Shown: in pieces, positions 32,918-42,991 of the stretch
How positions within the stretch are numbered: position 1 is the stretch's first letter
How the letters are laid out: each line of letters opens with the position of its first letter
Source of the DNA: an uncultured bacterium
Lineage (GTDB): Bacteria > Verrucomicrobiota > Kiritimatiellia > RFP12 > CAIWXQ01
NCBI GenBank assembly: GCA_903916675.1
Contig: CAIWXQ010000002.1
Span: 24,421 to 88,420, forward strand
Reading direction: 5' to 3'
Length of the DNA stretch: 64,000 nucleotides
Program-made: the position numbers and the translations under genes
Notes under the pieces: model-generated
Told to the model about the DNA's origin: nothing
Databases searched by the model: none
The model's input: the letters and a program-made list of their open reading frames with translations, nothing else

Positions 32918-34372
32918 ATGAAGCGTTTCTTCCGCACCAAATCGCGCGATCACCTGCTGGCGGACCTGTCGTCCGGCGCCACCCTGCACCGCGTGCTGGG
33001 GCCGTGGCACCTGACCTTCCTCGGGATCGGATGCGTCATCGGCGCCGGCATTTTCGTGCTCACCGGGCATGCTGCCGCGCAATGGGCTGGCCCGGCCATT
33101 GCGCTCTCGTTTGTCTTTTCGGGTGTGGCCTGCACCTTGGCCGGACTCTGCTATGCCGAGTTCGCCTCCATGATCCCCGTGGCCGGCAGCGCCTACACCT
33201 ATGCCTACGCCACGCTCGGCGAGCTTTTCGCCTGGATCATCGGCTGGGACCTGATCCTCGAATACCTCTTCGGAGCCTCTGCTGTGGCCGTCGGATGGTC
33301 CGGCTATGTCGTCAGCTTCCTAAAGGACTTCGGCGTGACGCTGCCGACAGCCCTCGCCAGCGCCCCCCTCACCTACGACGTCGCTACCGGACTGCACCTC
33401 ACCGGCGGCTACGTGAATCTTCCGGCAGTCTTCATCGTCGCGCTGATGACCGCGCTCCTGGTGGTCGGCATCCGCGCCTCGGCCAACTTCAACAATCTGA
33501 TCGTGCTGGTCAAGGTGGCTGTCATCCTGCTGTTCATCGGCTGCTGTGCGGCGTTCATCCGCCGCGCGAATTGGACACCGTTCATCCCGCCGCACGATCC
33601 CGTCACCGGCGCGTTCGGCTGGAGCGGCATCCTGAGCGGCTCAGCTGTAGTCTTCTTCGCCTACATCGGGTTCGACGCCGTCTCCACTGCGGCGCAGGAG
33701 ACGCGCAACCCGCAGCGCGACATGCCCATCGGTATCCTGGCCTCGCTCGCCATCTGCGCCGTGCTCTATGTGGCGGTCGCGCTCGTCCTCACCGGCATCG
33801 TCAGTTACCAGAAGCTCAACGTCCCCGACCCGATTGCCGTAGGGATCAACGCCGCCGGCGAGTCCGTGCGCTGGCTGCGGCCGTGGGTCAAACTGGGCGC
33901 CATCGCGGGGTTGAGTTCGGTCATCATGGTGCTGCTCATGGGGCAGCCGCGCATCTTCTTCTCCATGTCAAGGGATGGCCTCCTGCCGCCAGTGTTCAGC
34001 CGCGTGCACCCGGTCTTCCGCACGCCGCATATCACCACGCTGCTGACCGGCGGCACGGCCATGGTGATCTCCGGGCTCTTCCCGATCGGCTTTCTTGGCG
34101 AGCTCGTCTCCATCGGCGCGCTGCTGGCTTTTGCCATGGTCTGCGCCGGCGTGCTGGTGCTGCGCCACACACGCCCCGACTACCCGCGACCGTTCCGCAC
34201 GCCCTGGGTGCCGGTCGTGCCGGTCTTGGGATGTGCGCTGGCCCTGATCCAGATGGCTTTTCTACCGGCCGGCACCTGGATCCGGCTCGTAGTCTGGATG
34301 ATCCTGGGATTGCTGGTCTACCTCTTCTACGGCCACACGCACAGTCATCTGCACAGCCAGCCTCCGAGATAG
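32918..34372 (+). CDS. APC-superfamily amino acid permease (cationic amino-acid transporter-like)
   Basis: 484 aa with about 12 TM segments. N-terminal LGPWHLTFLGIGCVIGAGIFVLTG signature. Confidence 0.85.
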   Translation: MKRFFRTKSRDHLLADLSSGATLHRVLGPWHLTFLGIGCVIGAGIFVLTGHAAAQWAGPAIALSFVFSGVACTLAGLCYAEFASMIPVAGSAYTYAYATLGELFAWIIGWDLILEYLFGASAVAVGWSGYVVSFLKDFGVTLPTALASAPLTYDVATGLHLTGGYVNLPAVFIVALMTALLVVGIRASANFNNLIVLVKVAVILLFIGCCAAFIRRANWTPFIPPHDPVTGAFGWSGILSGSAVVFFAYIGFDAVSTAAQETRNPQRDMPIGILASLAICAVLYVAVALVLTGIVSYQKLNVPDPIAVGINAAGESVRWLRPWVKLGAIAGLSSVIMVLLMGQPRIFFSMSRDGLLPPVFSRVHPVFRTPHITTLLTGGTAMVISGLFPIGFLGELVSIGALLAFAMVCAGVLVLRHTRPDYPRPFRTPWVPVVPVLGCALALIQMAFLPAGTWIRLVVWMILGLLVYLFYGHTHSHLHSQPPR

Positions 34373-34417
34373 GGCGGGCGCGCAACACACAAGCCGGCAG
34401 ACATGTGCGTTTTGCCG

Positions 34418-35266
34418 CTACGACTCTGCCGCGGCCCTGCGCTGGCTGATCCAGACCGCCGCCGTAATCAGGAGGCTCCCCGCGGCCAGGCGCACCGGAT
34501 CCGCCCGGCCGCCGAACACCAGCAGCGAGACCGCCACGCCCAACGGGATCTTGAGGTTGTTGCAGACCGCCAGCACATCCGCATTCGTGCGACGCGCGCC
34601 GGAGTTCCAGAGGAAAAACCCCAAGCCGGAGGCGACCACGCCCAGATAGATCACGGCCGCCGTCTGCCAGCCGGAAAGAGCCACGGAGCCGCGCGACGTG
34701 GCGAGCAGCGTCCACGGCAGCGTCACCAGCATCCCGCCCAGGTACAGCCACCCCATCGCGCCCACGTCATCGACCCCCTCCCGACGGCGCGCCCAGCCAC
34801 GATAGGCCAGCTGGCCGACTGCAAAGCAGAGATTGGCCCCCTGAATCAGCAGAAACCCGCGCCAGGACGCCAGACCATCCCCTCGCTGCCAGAGGACAAC
34901 GCCGGCGCCCGCCGCGGCCAGGCCCGCCGCCAGCAGCGCACGCCACGAGGCGCGCCCCTGCCAGGCATGGTGCAGCAGCACCACGTAAATCGGCGTGAAA
35001 ACCGTGAAGAGCACCACCTCATGGGGCTGCAGGCAGACGAAGCTCTCGTTGTAGCAGAGGTACATCAGGCCGAACTGCACCGCGCCGATGGCCAGCAGCA
35101 CCGGCCGATCCCGTGTCGCCATCCGCCGCAAAAAAGGGAGGAAGACACACACCGCCAGCACCAGCCGTGCACAGGCCAGAAACGAACCGGATACGCCGTC
35201 GAGCGTCCGGCCGATCAAGCCGGGCGAGAAGGCCCAGATCAAGGAGGCGATGAGAAGTTGGAGCAT
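34418..35266 (-). CDS. EamA/DMT-family transporter
   Basis: 282 aa with 10 predicted TM segments and duplicated EamA-like halves. Confidence 0.8.
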   Translation of the reverse strand: MLQLLIASLIWAFSPGLIGRTLDGVSGSFLACARLVLAVCVFLPFLRRMATRDRPVLLAIGAVQFGLMYLCYNESFVCLQPHEVVLFTVFTPIYVVLLHHAWQGRASWRALLAAGLAAAGAGVVLWQRGDGLASWRGFLLIQGANLCFAVGQLAYRGWARRREGVDDVGAMGWLYLGGMLVTLPWTLLATSRGSVALSGWQTAAVIYLGVVASGLGFFLWNSGARRTNADVLAVCNNLKIPLGVAVSLLVFGGRADPVRLAAGSLLITAAVWISQRRAAAES

Positions 35267-35275
35267 GGGAAGAAT

Positions 35276-35514
35276 GACAGAGGTCGGAGATCAGAGGTCC
35301 GGGGTCCGGGGTCAGAAGTCAGAGGGCGGAGATCAGAGGGCAGAGATCGGGGCGAGAAGACGATGAATGTAAAAGCAAAATCAACCGCTCGTGTCTCGCT
35401 TTGGGTTGCACAGTTTTCACCATGAAATCTCTCCGGTCGCATGTCAACGGCGGATATTGGGCGGCCGATTTGCTACGTTTGCGCTCTGAATTCTGATCTC
35501 TGTCCTCTGATCTC
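35276..35514. repeat. Word-built inverted repeat (GAGATCAGAGG / CAGAGATC words) flanking about 140 nt
   Basis: Left tract 35276-35351 (gacagaggtcggagatcagaggtccggggtccggggtcagaagtcagagggcggagatcagagggcagagatcgggg). The reverse complement of the right arm 35484-35514 is gagatcagaggacagagatcagaattcagag, about 19/20 with 35328-35348. Confidence 0.65.
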
Positions 35515-37456
35515 ACGCCCCGGGCTGCGGCTCCAGCAAGCCGTGGTAGCGCAGGTAGGACTCGGCCACCTCGTTACCCATGTAGCGCCGCAGCGCCTTG
35601 GGGTCCGTACTCTTCAGGTCAACGAGGATCAAGCCATCCACCACAAAGCTGAATTCCGGATCCACGTTGAAGGCCACCAGCCGCCCGCCGAGCTTCAGGT
35701 ACTGGCGCAGCAGCACCGGCATCCCTTTGTGGTCCGGCTCGACATCCTCGACCAAGCCGGAGACCTGTTCCATGTCGTCAAAGAAATCGCGGTACTCGAG
35801 CTGGGTCCACTCCGCGTTCCGCGGCGGGCGCGGCGGCCGGCGCGGCTTCACGAGGTCGGCCAGGTCCGACGACATGCGCACCCGGCGCAGCGACTCGATG
35901 ATCATGTTGCGCGAGGCCTCGCGGTACTCGTTGGTGATGCTCACCGGGCCGAACAGAATCCGGTAGCGCGGGTTCTTGCCGATGAACGCCGAAATCCCCT
36001 TCCAGAGCAGCAGCAGCGAGGTGTAGGCCCGCTGGTATTCCGGCCGGATGAACGACCGCCCCAGCTCGATCGCCGGCTGGATGCGGTTGAGAAAGCGCTC
36101 GTCAAAACGGAAGATCGTGCGCGTGTACAGCCCCTTCACGCCATAGTCCTCGACAATCCGGTCCGTCATGCCCAGCCGGTAGCCGCCCACCACCTCCTGG
36201 CGGGCCTTGTTCCACATGAAAAGGTGCCAGTAGTACTTGTCGAAGCGGTCCACATCCAGCGCCTCGCCCGTCCCCTCGCCCACGGCGCGGAACGTCAACT
36301 CGCGCAACCGCCCGATCTCGCGCATCAACGCCGGCGCCTGGCGCGCCAGCGCCACGTAGACCTCCATGTCGCCGGATTCGACCATCTTCTGCTCCGGCGG
36401 CAACGCCGCGATTTCGCGGGCGTAGGTCTCGACCGGGGCTGGCGCGCAGACCGGATCGGATGGCAGCGCACGGGGCAAGCGGACGAAGAAGGGACGGCGG
36501 CGGTGGCTCTCGCGCTCCGCCAGCAGGTACGTGCGCAGGCGCAGATACCGGATGAGCTTCTCGTCGCTCGCAAAACAGGACAGGTCCTTCCAAGGGATCG
36601 GCGTGCCGATCCGCAGCTTCACCTCGCACCCCTGCTTGTTCGCAAGCTGACGCGGCAGCAGCAGGGTCCGCAGACGCGGGTGGATCACGCCGGCGGCCTG
36701 GAATATCGCGTCGTTGTGCCCATGGACGAAAATTGTAAGCACCGTGGCCTGCGTTCGCCGCACCAAGGCTGCGGTCTTGTAGTCCCATGCCGGATCGCGG
36801 ATCAGCCCGCTGTGCAGGTCGAAGCTGGAGACTTCGCCAGCGGGAAAGATGCCCAGCATGCCGCCGTTCTGCAGCCAGCGCAGGCTCTCCTTCATCGGCC
36901 GGATGTTCCGCGATGCAGCCCCCGATGCGCCAAACGGATCCACGAGGATGAACAGGTCGCGCATCTCGGGAATGCCGCCCAGCAGGAAGTTCGCCATGCA
37001 CCGCGCGTCCGCCCGCACCGAGCGCAGCAACGACAGCAGGATGACCCCCTCGACGCCGCCGAACGGATGGTTCGCCACCACCACCACCGGCCCCGTGGCC
37101 GGGATCTGCGCGCGATCCTCGTCCGACACCGTGTAGGAGACGCCCATCGCCCGCAGCGTGCGGTCGGCAAACGGCAGCGCAGGGTCCATGTCGGCTGCCC
37201 GGCGGTGAATCGCGTTCATCCGGGGGATCCCCAGCAGCCACTCAATCGCCGGCCCCGCCGGCAGCAGCAGATTGCGCAGCAGCCGGTTCGAGATCCGGTT
37301 CAACGGCAGATGCATGACACCGGAACGCTTCGCTGGCTCGGACATGCGGGCCATATTACCCGACCGCCCCGCGCCCGGCAACCCATCGCGCAATATCGGT
37401 TCCACCCCGGCCGCGACGTGACGCACCAGTGGAGGGCCGGGTTCCACCCCGGCCAC
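35513..37456 (-). CDS. Bifunctional acyltransferase: N-terminal PlsC/lysophospholipid acyltransferase-like domain plus C-terminal OlsB/hemolysin-like GNAT N-acyltransferase domain (OlsF-like aminolipid synthase candidate)
   Basis: 647-aa ORF. VVVANHPFGGVEGVILLSLL acyltransferase block, then REIGRLRELTFRAVGEGTG...YYWHLFMWNKARQEVVGGYRLG. The start is uncertain (alternatives MARMSEP and MHLPLNR). Confidence 0.75.
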   Translation of the reverse strand: MAGVEPGPPLVRHVAAGVEPILRDGLPGAGRSGNMARMSEPAKRSGVMHLPLNRISNRLLRNLLLPAGPAIEWLLGIPRMNAIHRRAADMDPALPFADRTLRAMGVSYTVSDEDRAQIPATGPVVVVANHPFGGVEGVILLSLLRSVRADARCMANFLLGGIPEMRDLFILVDPFGASGAASRNIRPMKESLRWLQNGGMLGIFPAGEVSSFDLHSGLIRDPAWDYKTAALVRRTQATVLTIFVHGHNDAIFQAAGVIHPRLRTLLLPRQLANKQGCEVKLRIGTPIPWKDLSCFASDEKLIRYLRLRTYLLAERESHRRRPFFVRLPRALPSDPVCAPAPVETYAREIAALPPEQKMVESGDMEVYVALARQAPALMREIGRLRELTFRAVGEGTGEALDVDRFDKYYWHLFMWNKARQEVVGGYRLGMTDRIVEDYGVKGLYTRTIFRFDERFLNRIQPAIELGRSFIRPEYQRAYTSLLLLWKGISAFIGKNPRYRILFGPVSITNEYREASRNMIIESLRRVRMSSDLADLVKPRRPPRPPRNAEWTQLEYRDFFDDMEQVSGLVEDVEPDHKGMPVLLRQYLKLGGRLVAFNVDPEFSFVVDGLILVDLKSTDPKALRRYMGNEVAESYLRYHGLLEPQPGA

Positions 37457-37848
37457 GAGACACCTTCCGCCTGCCTGCAGCTTCTCCGAAAGCCCTCTCT
37501 TACCTTAACCTGCAGGCTGTAGAGAGCCAATTGCGGGAATTCTTCTCGGTGATGGATGAAGCTACCTCCAGTCAGCCGTCGGCCACAGTTGCGGCTGCTG
37601 CTGCGGGAACAATCAGGGGGAGTTCGTTTTGTAAAAAAGCCTTTTCAGCCACCGCAGGAGGGATGCGATCCATCGGGGAGACCGGTGGCGCCGGAAAGAT
37701 CGTTATCCGTAACCATCGCAGCAGCAACGAGTTATCAATATATTTCCGCTTGCATCCGTTGCAGTTCGTGCAGGTCGCGGTGGAATAGCCGCGTCAGGTG
37801 GGACTCAACTGCCCAAACAGGTCACGCGAAAATCAGTGGGGGAAGAAG

Positions 37849-37977
37849 TAGACAAAAATAGACAGAATTAGACACGAAACAGGCCCCCCTTCCGGACATA
37901 ATTTTTCGCATCTCACTGTGCATCAACGAGTTAGAGCCGAATTGCGGCGTTGTGGCCGGTGTTTCGTGTCTATTTTT
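37849..37977. repeat. Word-built inverted repeat (TAGACA words) with a perfect 13-bp core
   Basis: tagacaaaaatagacagaattagacacgaaacagg (37849-37883) versus ccggtgtttcgtgtctattttt (37956-37977). tagacacgaaaca and tgtttcgtgtcta are perfectly complementary. Confidence 0.55.
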
Positions 37978-38291
37978 CATCGTGTACGTCCCCGCCGGCA
38001 CCGGCAACACCCGCACCTTGCCCTTGGGGGCAAAAAGGGTCGTATTTTGACAATAGATTCAGGCTTATGCTCCGATCCCTCCAGCATTCGCATGGCGCGC
38101 AGTTTCAGTCGTTGCAAATGGGAATCTTTTTGCAGGCGCGCCGCCAGCCGTGTGACGGCCTTGCTCACCGCGTGAGGTTTCGTCTGTCTGCCGGCAGATG
38201 GAACGAAGTGTACGGTCCAACAGATCTCCGATGCGCTCATATGACCTGCCATTCACGGGGTGCAGGATGGCTGTGATGAAAACAATTCTGC

Positions 38292-38957
38292 TTATTTCAG
38301 ATTGCCGACCAGGTTGCTCTGCGCGTCGGCGGCCTTTTTCATCAGGTTGGAGAGCATTGTCTCCAGTTGGCTCCGCCGATCCATGGCCTGCTGCAGTTGG
38401 AGCATGTCCTGGTCGGTTATTCCGGTCACGGCATCCTGTTTGGCTGGCGTGAGGTTGGCTGACAATTGGGAACCATGCCCTGCTGCCATGACCACAGCCG
38501 GCCGCACCGGAAGATTCGTGGCCGCGAGCTGCGCAATCTGCTGGCCGGCGCCCTGACCGGCGGCATCAGCCTTGTTGTGCGTGCCCGCCGCCTGCCGCTG
38601 CGCGGCCTTCTGGCTGCTGCTGGCCTTCACGTTGTCGAGGATCCCTCTCAAATCGTCGCGTGCAGCTTGCGTCGCCTCCATCATGACGAGAAAGGCCAGC
38701 GCCTCGACATCCGCATCCGCCAGCGGCTGACCGGCAAACCGCGCCTGGATATCGGCCTTGACCGTTGCCTCGCCAGCCTTCGAATCCTTGCTGATTTTCT
38801 TCGCCTCGGCCGACACCCATTCACGCACAGCCGGCTGGAGCGCCGGTGCGAGCCTGGCGTGAAGCGCCACGGCCTGCTCCGGAATCGGATTTTCTGAGGC
38901 ACGGATGCCGGATGCGCACAACAAGACCAGAACAGACATCGACAGATGAGTATTCAT
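38292..38957 (-). CDS. Secreted alpha-helical hypothetical protein
   Basis: Start chosen at MNTHLSMSVLVLLCASG (38957). Signal peptide and a Q/A-rich middle. C-terminal amphipathic helix DMLQLQQAMDRRSQLETMLSNLMKKAADAQSNLVGNLK. Confidence 0.6.
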   Translation of the reverse strand: MNTHLSMSVLVLLCASGIRASENPIPEQAVALHARLAPALQPAVREWVSAEAKKISKDSKAGEATVKADIQARFAGQPLADADVEALAFLVMMEATQAARDDLRGILDNVKASSSQKAAQRQAAGTHNKADAAGQGAGQQIAQLAATNLPVRPAVVMAAGHGSQLSANLTPAKQDAVTGITDQDMLQLQQAMDRRSQLETMLSNLMKKAADAQSNLVGNLK

Positions 38958-39107
38958 GGGTGGAAGTGAACCAGAACCGCGCCTGGAAGTCAAACGGGCG
39001 GGCGGTAGGTCAGTTAGCCACTTGCGCGGCGCGGCGGCGCATGGACAGCCCGCCGCCGGCCGACTACACTACTCGTCCGTCCACCACCTGCCACGGGAGC
39101 CGCCTCC

Positions 39108-42100
39108 ATGCATCTGCGCCATTGCGTTGCGATCCTCGTCCTGCTTCTGTGCGCCACCGGCTCTGTCGCGCCGGCCGCCGACCCGGCCCTCCTGCCGGAA
39201 CTCGCCTGCGGACCGCTGCCTGACACGGCGCAGGTCCTGGCGCACGCTGCTGTTGTCACTGCCGAACGCTACCCCGATGCCGACACCGTGCTCGTCGAGG
39301 ATCTCGTCCGCGAATCCGTCCACCCAGACGGCACCTCCGTGCAGGTGGACGATGAATACGTCAAGATTCTTACCGAAAAGGGGCGCCGCGACTCGGCCAC
39401 GCGTTCGTTCTACCTCCCCACCGCCTACGGCACCACCGTCGTGCTGCGCGCCGAAATCGTCAAAGCCGACGGCGCCCGTACAGCCATCGACCCTGCGCGC
39501 AACAGCCGCGTCATGGTCGATCCCGGCCAGATGGGCGCAAATATCTATGATCCCAACAACAAGGTCATGCAGCTCTCCATCCCCGGACTCGCCATCGGCG
39601 ACATCGTCCACGTCATTGCCCTCAACACCACCTACAAGACACGCGTGCAAGACACCTGGGCCGACAACACTTCGCTTGAGGGTGAGTCGCCCATCGTCTC
39701 CTTTGTCTACGAGGTCATCCTGCCTGCCAACCGGCCGCTCCGACACATCCGCCTGCGTGCGCCGGTTTCCAACACGGTCGACTACGCCGCTTCCACACTC
39801 GCCGACGGCCGCACGCTCCACCGCTGGACCGCCCGCGATGTGCCGCAGATGTTCCCGGAACCGAACATGCCGGCCGTCCACACCGTGGTCCAGCGCGTCC
39901 TGCTCAGCACAGCCGAGAACTGGCCCTCCCTTTCGCGGTGGTACGCAGAGCTCTGCCGGCCGCGTCTCGCGGCCGTCACCCCGGAGATGCGCACCGCTGT
40001 CTCGAATCTCGTCGCCGGACTCCCCGATCGCGACAGCCGTATTCGCGCGCTCTTCAAATTCGTCTCGCAAGAGGTCCGCTACATGGGGATCACCACCGAG
40101 GATGTCGCCCCCGGCTACGAGCCGCACGACGTCTGCCTCACCTTCCGCAACCGCTACGGCGTCTGCCGCGACAAGGCCGCGCTGCTCGTCGCGCTGCTGC
40201 GCCTGGCCGGCTTCGAGGCCCATCCGGTGCTGATCAACGTCGGCCCGAAGATGGACCCGGATGTCCCGGTCCCCTATTTCAACCACGCCATCGTCGCGGT
40301 GATCGAACCTGGCGGCGAGGTCCGGCTCATGGACCCCACCAACGAAAACACGCCCGACCTATTTCCCGCCTACCTCGGCAACCGCAGCTACCTCGTGGCC
40401 AACCCCACCGGCGACACGCTGCGCGTCTCGGCCGTGCCGCCTGCCGCGCGCAACCTCGTGCGCATCTGCACCCGCGGCGCGCTCGACGAGACCGGCACGC
40501 TCGCGCTCGACGCCGCCATCGCCTTCGAGGGAATCAACGACACCGCCTACCGCGGCAAGTTCCTGCGCCTCAAGCCCGACGAGCGCCGCCGCTTCTTCGA
40601 AGGCCTGTTGAAGACGCGTCTCCCTGGCGCGGAAATCACTGCCTTCCGCCTCGCGCCGGAATCGCTCCAGAACACCGCTGAACCGCTGACCGCCACGCTC
40701 GCCTGCCGCGTCCGCGACTACCCCATCGCCGGCGACGGCGCCACGCTGCTCGACCTGCCGTGGCTCGGCTCCTCCCTTGGCTACGTGAACTTTTTCACCG
40801 ATGGTGCCACTCTCGAGCGGCGCAAGTACCCGTACGTCACCGAGATCGCCTGCGGCGTGGAGGAATCGTTTGCTATCGACTGCGGCCGCCTCGCCGCCTC
40901 GCCGCGGCAGCTTCCGCCCGAGATGAGCGTCCAGCGTGCCGGTGTCGAGTTCCACATGGCCGTGACCCTCACCAACCAAGCACTCGCCGGCCAGTACTGC
41001 TACCTCCTCACACAGCCGGAGTTCGACCCTGCCGCGTATGCGGAGCTCAAGCAATCTCTCCGAGATGCCGAGTTCGCCGGACGCCACCGCCCGGTCTTCA
41101 CCGCCATCTCTGCCGCCCAGCCGGATGTGCGCGTGCTCGACGATACGCTCCGCGTTGAACTCGCCGATGCGCACGCCTGGACTGCCACCCGCACCATTGT
41201 GCGCCAGATCCTGACCTACGCCGGCAAGAAGCGTTTCGCGGAACTCAAGATGCCGTTCAACCCTGTCTGGCAGGCCGCGGACCTTGTCGAGGCCACGGTC
41301 TCCAACCGCGATGGCACTGTGCATGCCGTGACGCCGCGGGAGATCAACCTCATGGACGCCGAGTGGGTCGCCGGCGCGCCGCGCTACCCGGCCGGCAAGC
41401 TCCGCGTCGCCAGCCTCCCGGGCGTGGAGATCGGCAGCGTCATCCGCGCCACGGTCCGCCGCACCTATCGCGAGGCGCCGTTCTTCTCGCTCGAGCACGA
41501 CTTCGGCGGATTCGATCCGGTCAACGCCATGACGCTGGAGGTCGTTGCGCCGCGCGACCTGCCCCTGTCAATCGTGGCCTGCCACGCCGACGCGCTGCAC
41601 GCCACGTGCGCCACCAACGGCCAGCTCCTCGTGCGGCGATGGGAGGCCAGCCCTCTGCCAGCCTGCCGGCCGGAGGAGAGCCTCCCGCCCTGGCCGGTCT
41701 TCCGTCCTACCGTGCTCCTCTCGGCCGGCGCCTGGCCCGCCTACAGCCGCGAACTGCAGGGAGCGTTCGACGCCGCCGCCATTGTCACCCCTGCCATTCG
41801 CGACCGAGCCCAGGCCGATGTGCACGGACGCAACACGCCGGCCGCACGCCTGCAGGCCATCCGCGACGACGTCGCCAAGGCCATTCGCGAAGGAGGCCCC
41901 TCGTTCCTCGACCTTCCCCTCGCCTGCCTCACGCCCGCGGAACGCACGCTGGCAGAAGGCTACGGCCACGCCGCCGACCGCGCCATCCTTCTCGCATCGC
42001 TGCTGCGCGCGGCAGGGTTCGATGCCGCCCCGGTGCTGGTCTCCAGCGCCGCGCGCCTTGTCCCCGCGCTGCTCGACCCGTTCATTGCCGTGCCTCAGGC

Positions 42101-42914
42101 CGGTTTGTACGACCGCGTCCTGGTGCGGGTCGCACAGCCGGGCGCGGAACCGGTCTACCTCAACGACAGCGACCAATACGACGAACTCGGCGCCACGCCG
42201 CATGCGCGCCACCCATTCCTCGCGCTCGACAACGGCACCGGGCGCGTGGCCGTGGCCGAGCACTACCGTGATCGCGAGCGCGCCGAGTGGACCATCGAGC
42301 TGGACACCAATGGGTGCGCGCTGATCACCGTGACCAATGGGTACTTCGGCAGCGCCTGCGGCGAGTTCCGCAAGCAGTACGTCGAGATGCCCCCCGAAGA
42401 GCGGTGCCGCCACTTCCAGGGGTTGGTGGCGGAAGTCTCGCAGTCCGCCGTGGCCTGCGGCGATCTTATCACCGCCACAAACGCCTACCCCGGCTGGCGA
42501 AGCTTCACTGTGCGGGCCGAGCAATATGCCGTGCGCGCTGGAAACACGCTCACGCTCCTGCTCCCGGACACCGGCACAGCCGTCATCCCCCTGCGCGCCG
42601 ATCGCCGCGCCAACCCGCTGCTGGTGGCTGAACCGCGCGAATGCGAATGGATCTGCCGCGTGCTCCTGCCGGCTGGCGTGCGCGCCATCCCGGTGCTGCC
42701 GGCGGCGACCGACCACGAGTTGCCAAACCGACTCGGCCGCATCCGCACGGAAACCCGGCGCGCCCAGCTTTCGGACGGCCGCACGCAGCTCACGATCAGC
42801 CGCACCACCATCCTCGAGCCAGCCATCCTCCCGGCCGACGAATACCCCGCGCTGCTCGAGATCGACCGCTGCCTCAATCACCCGCAGACGCGCACGATTC
42901 TGGCGGAGTTTTAA
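39108..42914 (+). CDS. Large secreted protein with two tandem DUF3857-like/transglutaminase-like modules
   Basis: 1268 aa with a signal peptide. Module 1 has a Cys-His-Asp-type core (YGVCRDKAALLVALLRLAGF...FNHAIVAV...MDPT). Module 2 has the same scaffold but no Cys (GYGHAADRAILLASLLRAAGF). Confidence 0.8.
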   Translation: MHLRHCVAILVLLLCATGSVAPAADPALLPELACGPLPDTAQVLAHAAVVTAERYPDADTVLVEDLVRESVHPDGTSVQVDDEYVKILTEKGRRDSATRSFYLPTAYGTTVVLRAEIVKADGARTAIDPARNSRVMVDPGQMGANIYDPNNKVMQLSIPGLAIGDIVHVIALNTTYKTRVQDTWADNTSLEGESPIVSFVYEVILPANRPLRHIRLRAPVSNTVDYAASTLADGRTLHRWTARDVPQMFPEPNMPAVHTVVQRVLLSTAENWPSLSRWYAELCRPRLAAVTPEMRTAVSNLVAGLPDRDSRIRALFKFVSQEVRYMGITTEDVAPGYEPHDVCLTFRNRYGVCRDKAALLVALLRLAGFEAHPVLINVGPKMDPDVPVPYFNHAIVAVIEPGGEVRLMDPTNENTPDLFPAYLGNRSYLVANPTGDTLRVSAVPPAARNLVRICTRGALDETGTLALDAAIAFEGINDTAYRGKFLRLKPDERRRFFEGLLKTRLPGAEITAFRLAPESLQNTAEPLTATLACRVRDYPIAGDGATLLDLPWLGSSLGYVNFFTDGATLERRKYPYVTEIACGVEESFAIDCGRLAASPRQLPPEMSVQRAGVEFHMAVTLTNQALAGQYCYLLTQPEFDPAAYAELKQSLRDAEFAGRHRPVFTAISAAQPDVRVLDDTLRVELADAHAWTATRTIVRQILTYAGKKRFAELKMPFNPVWQAADLVEATVSNRDGTVHAVTPREINLMDAEWVAGAPRYPAGKLRVASLPGVEIGSVIRATVRRTYREAPFFSLEHDFGGFDPVNAMTLEVVAPRDLPLSIVACHADALHATCATNGQLLVRRWEASPLPACRPEESLPPWPVFRPTVLLSAGAWPAYSRELQGAFDAAAIVTPAIRDRAQADVHGRNTPAARLQAIRDDVAKAIREGGPSFLDLPLACLTPAERTLAEGYGHAADRAILLASLLRAAGFDAAPVLVSSAARLVPALLDPFIAVPQAGLYDRVLVRVAQPGAEPVYLNDSDQYDELGATPHARHPFLALDNGTGRVAVAEHYRDRERAEWTIELDTNGCALITVTNGYFGSACGEFRKQYVEMPPEERCRHFQGLVAEVSQSAVACGDLITATNAYPGWRSFTVRAEQYAVRAGNTLTLLLPDTGTAVIPLRADRRANPLLVAEPRECEWICRVLLPAGVRAIPVLPAATDHELPNRLGRIRTETRRAQLSDGRTQLTISRTTILEPAILPADEYPALLEIDRCLNHPQTRTILAEF

Positions 42915-42991
42915 AATCGATTGCCCGGATGGCCAGGCCCATGCCGCCTCGCCGGCCGTGGGCCCAAAGGCTGCGCTTCATCCCGCGGCGG

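Noticed and set aside
37977-38256. Minus-strand ORFs (91 aa and 63 aa) with a sigma-70 region-4/LuxR-like HTH flavour (SYERIGDLLDRT…, …VSKAVTRLAARLQKD).
   Set aside because: The similarity is spread over two frames. There are no upstream sigma regions, and the fragment starts immediately after the stop of the neighbouring gene. At best it is a short pseudogene remnant, which is not supportable as a feature.
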